A stretch of 64,000 bases of DNA from a bacterium (lineage in GTDB: Bacteria; Patescibacteriota; UBA1384; CAILIB01): NCBI GenBank assembly GCA_037131105.1, contig JBAXRQ010000001.1, forward strand, positions 637,465 through 701,464. The letters run 5' to 3'. This document shows positions 60,488 through 64,000 of this stretch, in pieces. A program made the translations under genes and the position numbers. The first letter of the stretch is position 1. Each line of letters opens with the position of its first letter. The notes beneath the pieces were generated by a model, which was given only the letters and a program-made list of their open reading frames with translations, ran no database searches and was not told the DNA's origin.

Positions 60488-60527
60488 ATCTGTTACATTA
60501 CACATTATTCTGCTATGCTTCAATCAT

Positions 60528-63485
60528 ATGAAATCGACCCCGCCGCGTAAGCGCAAGCCCGTAAAGGGCGGCAGCCCCCTGCAGCTCCGACAGGTTCCTG
60601 ATAGGCCCCTACCTAAGAGCGGCAGCTCTCTTCGCAAGTCCTCAAAGCCTACCTCAGGTTGGCGGCGTTATAATCCTTTAAGGAAGTTTCGATTTACCTG
60701 GAAGCGCTTCTTCATCGGCCTGGCAATATTTGTTGGTGTCTTCGTACTCGGCATTGCCGGCGTCTTTGCCTATTATGTCCGAGACCTGCCGAACCCTAAA
60801 AAAATTGAAACCCGCTCAGTCAGCCAGTCCACCCAGATCCTGGACCGCAACGGCACCTTACTTAACAATATCCATGGCGACGAGAACCGCACCATCGTCA
60901 CCAATGACCAGATAAGCACTTATCTTAAGAATGCATCAGTAGCAGTAGAGGATCAGAGTTTCTATACCAACCACGGATTCGATCTCCGCGGTATCGCCCG
61001 GGCCGTTGGCGTACGTCTACACTTGGTCCACGGCGAGCTGGCTGGCGGAGGCTCCACTATCACCCAGCAGTATATCAAGGTAGCCCTGGTTGGCGACGAC
61101 CACAGCCTCAGCCGCAAGATCAAGGAGCTGATCCTAGCTATCGAGGTGGACCAGACCTACAGCAAGTCTGATATTCTCACTGGCTATCTGAACCAAATCA
61201 ACTACGGCGGTACCATTTACGGTATCCAGACCGCCTCTCAAACCTATTTCGGAGTCAATGCTAAGGATCTCACTCTTTCCCAGTCAGCCACCCTAGCTGC
61301 CATACCGAACGAACCTACCTATTACTCCCCGTACGGCAACCACACCGACGACTTAATCATACGAAAGAACTACATTCTCGACCGCATGGTCACTGAGAAG
61401 ATGATTACCCAGTCTCAGGCTGACGCTGCTAAAAAAGAAGCGCCCACCACCGACAACCTTGGCTTCAAGAAGCCTACCGACCTGGTAGCACCCCAGTTTG
61501 TCTTCTATATCAAAGAGCAGATGGCTAAGATGCTTGACCCTGATCCTCAAATTGCTCAGAAGATGCTGAATGAAGGAGGGTATACCGTAACGACATCTTT
61601 GGACCTTCCTACTCAGAAGATGGCTGAGGGTATTGTTTCCAGTATGGGTCCTGACGTAGTCAAAAAGTACCATGCCACCAATGCCTGCCTTACCTCTGTC
61701 GATCCAAAGACCGGACAGGTCTTAGCCATGGTAGGTAGCATCAGCTATACCGACTCCATCTCAGGAAATACCAACTTCTGCACCGCTCAGCTGCAGCCAG
61801 GATCATCCTTCAAGCCCTTCGTATACGCCACCGCCTGGAGCCAGCCAAATACCTACTCCCCGAGCAGCATCACTTACGACCTGAAGACCGATCTCGGCGG
61901 GGGCTACTCCCCTAACGACTACGACGGAAAGAACCGCGGCCCCATTACCAACCGTCTAGCCCTAGCCGGCTCACTGAACATCCCTGCCGTCAAGAACCTC
62001 GCTCTCGTAGGCGTCACGAATGCATTGACTACTGCAAGCAACCTTGGCATCACTACCCTGACCCAGCCGGCCAGCGACTATGGTCTTTCCTTAGTACTCG
62101 GAAGTGGGAGCGTGAAGGCCGTTCAGATGGCTGGCGCATACGCCACCTTTGCCAATAACGGCAACAACATGCCTCTCATGCCTATCCTGCAGATCAAGCA
62201 GGGCGGCAAGGTCATCAAGGATTACACTACTATCAACAAACCAAAGCAAGTACTGGCGCCTGAGGTAGCCTACGAGATAAGTAGCGTACTCTCTGATGCG
62301 AGCGCCAAGCAACCAGTCTTTGGAGCACTGACCAAAAACCTGACCCTACCTGACCGCCCGGTAGCCGCAAAGACCGGTACCACTGAGAACTGGCGTGACG
62401 GCTGGACCATCGGCTACACTCCTTCCATTGTGACGGCCGTCTGGGTAGGTAATAACAACCCAAACCAGACTATGACAAAAGGCGCCGACGGCTCAATAGT
62501 GGCTGCTCCGATCTGGAACAAGTTTATGAGCGAGTATCTTAAGGGTAAGCCGGTCGAGCAGTTCAACCGCCCTGACACGGTAAAGGACCTTACTGTAGAC
62601 AAGCTTTCAGGCAAACTTCCTACCGACCAGACGCCTCCCGACGACCTGATCAAGGATATCTTCGCGCCGTGGCAGATGCCCAAGGACAAGGACGACGTGC
62701 ATGTAAAGGTGACCATCGCCAAGGGCAGCGGCCTGCTTGCCACCGCGCTCACGCCTGACGACCAGAAGCAGGATGTAACCTACATCACCATCCATTCGGA
62801 GATGCCCAAGAACCCCGCCTGGGAGGGACCGGTCCAGGCCTGGGCCAAGGGCACCTTCGGGGCGCTGCTCGGTAGTCCGCCAACCCAATCGGACACACTC
62901 TACACCGATGCCAATCGTCCAACTATAAGCTTTACCTCGCCTACTGATGGGACCAGTGTCAGCGGCACCGTCACCCTTTCAGCTTCTCCTGGCGGCTCAC
63001 AGCCCATCTCCCAGGTAGAATACTTCGTAAACAACGTATCGGTAGGCAAGGTGACCAGCGCCCCCTGGAGTCTCTCCTACGATACCAGCGGCCTACCCGC
63101 AGGCAGTCAGGTCATCCAGGCGGTAGCCACCAACTCCCTGGGCCTCACCCAGACCACTCAGGTAAGCGTGACCACCAATACTGATACCTCCCCCCCTGGA
63201 AACGTCATAGGGACTAGCGCCTCCCTCGGCACCCACAGCGTGACCCCCATACATCTGACCTGGATCAATCCCAGTGACTCTGACCTGACTTCGGTTGCTA
63301 TCTACCAGTCCACCGACCTGACCCAACTAGGTACCAAAGTGGCCACGGTAAGTGCGACACCAAATTCCAGCTCAAGCTATGACCTGACCCCTCCAGTAGG
63401 AACCTATTACTACACGCTCCACCCTATCGACGCAACCGGGAACGAGAACCAGTCCACGGTCCGAGTCCAAGGCAAGATGAAATAG
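60528..63485 (+). CDS. Class A penicillin-binding protein (PBP1A) with C-terminal Ig-like and FN3 domains
   Basis: EDQSFY.NHG, GGSTITQQ, RKIKE, SSFK, SLN, KTGT; start 60528 after TATGCT -10 box. Confidence 0.95.
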   Translation: MKSTPPRKRKPVKGGSPLQLRQVPDRPLPKSGSSLRKSSKPTSGWRRYNPLRKFRFTWKRFFIGLAIFVGVFVLGIAGVFAYYVRDLPNPKKIETRSVSQSTQILDRNGTLLNNIHGDENRTIVTNDQISTYLKNASVAVEDQSFYTNHGFDLRGIARAVGVRLHLVHGELAGGGSTITQQYIKVALVGDDHSLSRKIKELILAIEVDQTYSKSDILTGYLNQINYGGTIYGIQTASQTYFGVNAKDLTLSQSATLAAIPNEPTYYSPYGNHTDDLIIRKNYILDRMVTEKMITQSQADAAKKEAPTTDNLGFKKPTDLVAPQFVFYIKEQMAKMLDPDPQIAQKMLNEGGYTVTTSLDLPTQKMAEGIVSSMGPDVVKKYHATNACLTSVDPKTGQVLAMVGSISYTDSISGNTNFCTAQLQPGSSFKPFVYATAWSQPNTYSPSSITYDLKTDLGGGYSPNDYDGKNRGPITNRLALAGSLNIPAVKNLALVGVTNALTTASNLGITTLTQPASDYGLSLVLGSGSVKAVQMAGAYATFANNGNNMPLMPILQIKQGGKVIKDYTTINKPKQVLAPEVAYEISSVLSDASAKQPVFGALTKNLTLPDRPVAAKTGTTENWRDGWTIGYTPSIVTAVWVGNNNPNQTMTKGADGSIVAAPIWNKFMSEYLKGKPVEQFNRPDTVKDLTVDKLSGKLPTDQTPPDDLIKDIFAPWQMPKDKDDVHVKVTIAKGSGLLATALTPDDQKQDVTYITIHSEMPKNPAWEGPVQAWAKGTFGALLGSPPTQSDTLYTDANRPTISFTSPTDGTSVSGTVTLSASPGGSQPISQVEYFVNNVSVGKVTSAPWSLSYDTSGLPAGSQVIQAVATNSLGLTQTTQVSVTTNTDTSPPGNVIGTSASLGTHSVTPIHLTWINPSDSDLTSVAIYQSTDLTQLGTKVATVSATPNSSSSYDLTPPVGTYYYTLHPIDATGNENQSTVRVQGKMK

Positions 63486-63490
63486 CAGCC

Positions 63491-64000
63491 CTAGCTGCGA
63501 CCTGCCAGAAGTTTCGAAAGCATACCTGCCAAACTTTTTTCTTTGGGTGGCAACACATAGCCCAGCGCCTTGATCTCTTTGGCGCGACGTTCCTGCTGCT
63601 GGACCTGGCGGACTTCGCCTGCCAGTCCCACCTCACCGATGACACAGAGGTTTTCGGCCAGAACCTTATCCTTAAAGGCTGAGGCGAGCGCCACGCAGAC
63701 AGCTGCGTCGACAGCTGGATCCTTCACTTTGAGACCCCCGACAATATTTACAAAGACGTCATGGGAAGAAAGATCGATATGGGCCCGACGCTCTAAGACA
63801 GCTAGAAGCAGGTTAAGTCGATTTGGATCAAAGCCCGAGGCCGTCCTTCTAGGATAACCGAAAACACTCTTAGTCGTCAGGGCCTGCACCTCGATAAGCA
63901 TAGGACGAGTCCCCTCGATCACCGCCGATAATACCGATCCCGGTACCTGGACCCGTTCTGCCAAAAGGAAACTGCCAGGATTATCCACTTCGACGAGGCC
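63491..64000 (-). CDS. radA: DNA repair protein RadA, C-terminal part (partial)
   Basis: EGTRPMLIEVQAL, DVFVNIVGG, GEVGLAGEVR. Confidence 0.95.
   Translation of the reverse strand, partial: GLVEVDNPGSFLLAERVQVPGSVLSAVIEGTRPMLIEVQALTTKSVFGYPRRTASGFDPNRLNLLLAVLERRAHIDLSSHDVFVNIVGGLKVKDPAVDAAVCVALASAFKDKVLAENLCVIGEVGLAGEVRQVQQQERRAKEIKALGYVLPPKEKSLAGMLSKLLAGRS

Noticed and set aside
60123-60527. N-terminal extension of the 1120-aa PBP ORF
   Set aside because: It is the antisense shadow of tyrS; the real start is more likely 60528.

Overview
64-kb window of a compact bacterial chromosome that is most likely Patescibacteria/CPR. This is an inference from the short intergenic spaces, mostly Shine-Dalgarno-free leaderless starts, trimmed ATP-synthase delta/epsilon, Fe-S-free MutY, truncated HolB and many Thr/Pro-linker surface proteins. 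TGA is used as stop (code 11). Housekeeping content: alr, class II fba, guaA, rdgB-like ITPase, rpmB, holB-like, a complete atpBEFHAGDC operon, bcp, mutY, ddl, tyrS, PBP1A, partial radA and two tRNA-Pro genes (GGG, CGG). Highlights: (1) a cellular homologue of phage T4 DNA beta-glucosyltransferase with the catalytic and UDP-binding residues apparently intact, next to tRNA-Pro(GGG); (2) both tRNA-Pro genes sit in arrays of roughly 75-80 nt covarying hairpin units that each restart with the tRNA 5' end, and share a 3' element that mirrors the T-arm; (3) a promoter- and terminator-bounded structured RNA of about 300 nt facing a second rod-like RNA; (4) a compact 6S-like RNA; (5) an unannotated 31-aa metallothionein-like peptide; (6) two divergent beta-carbonic-anhydrase-like genes (one CsoSCA-type) just before the atp operon; (7) an orphan FabI. 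All homology calls come from motif recognition by eye; no searches were run.
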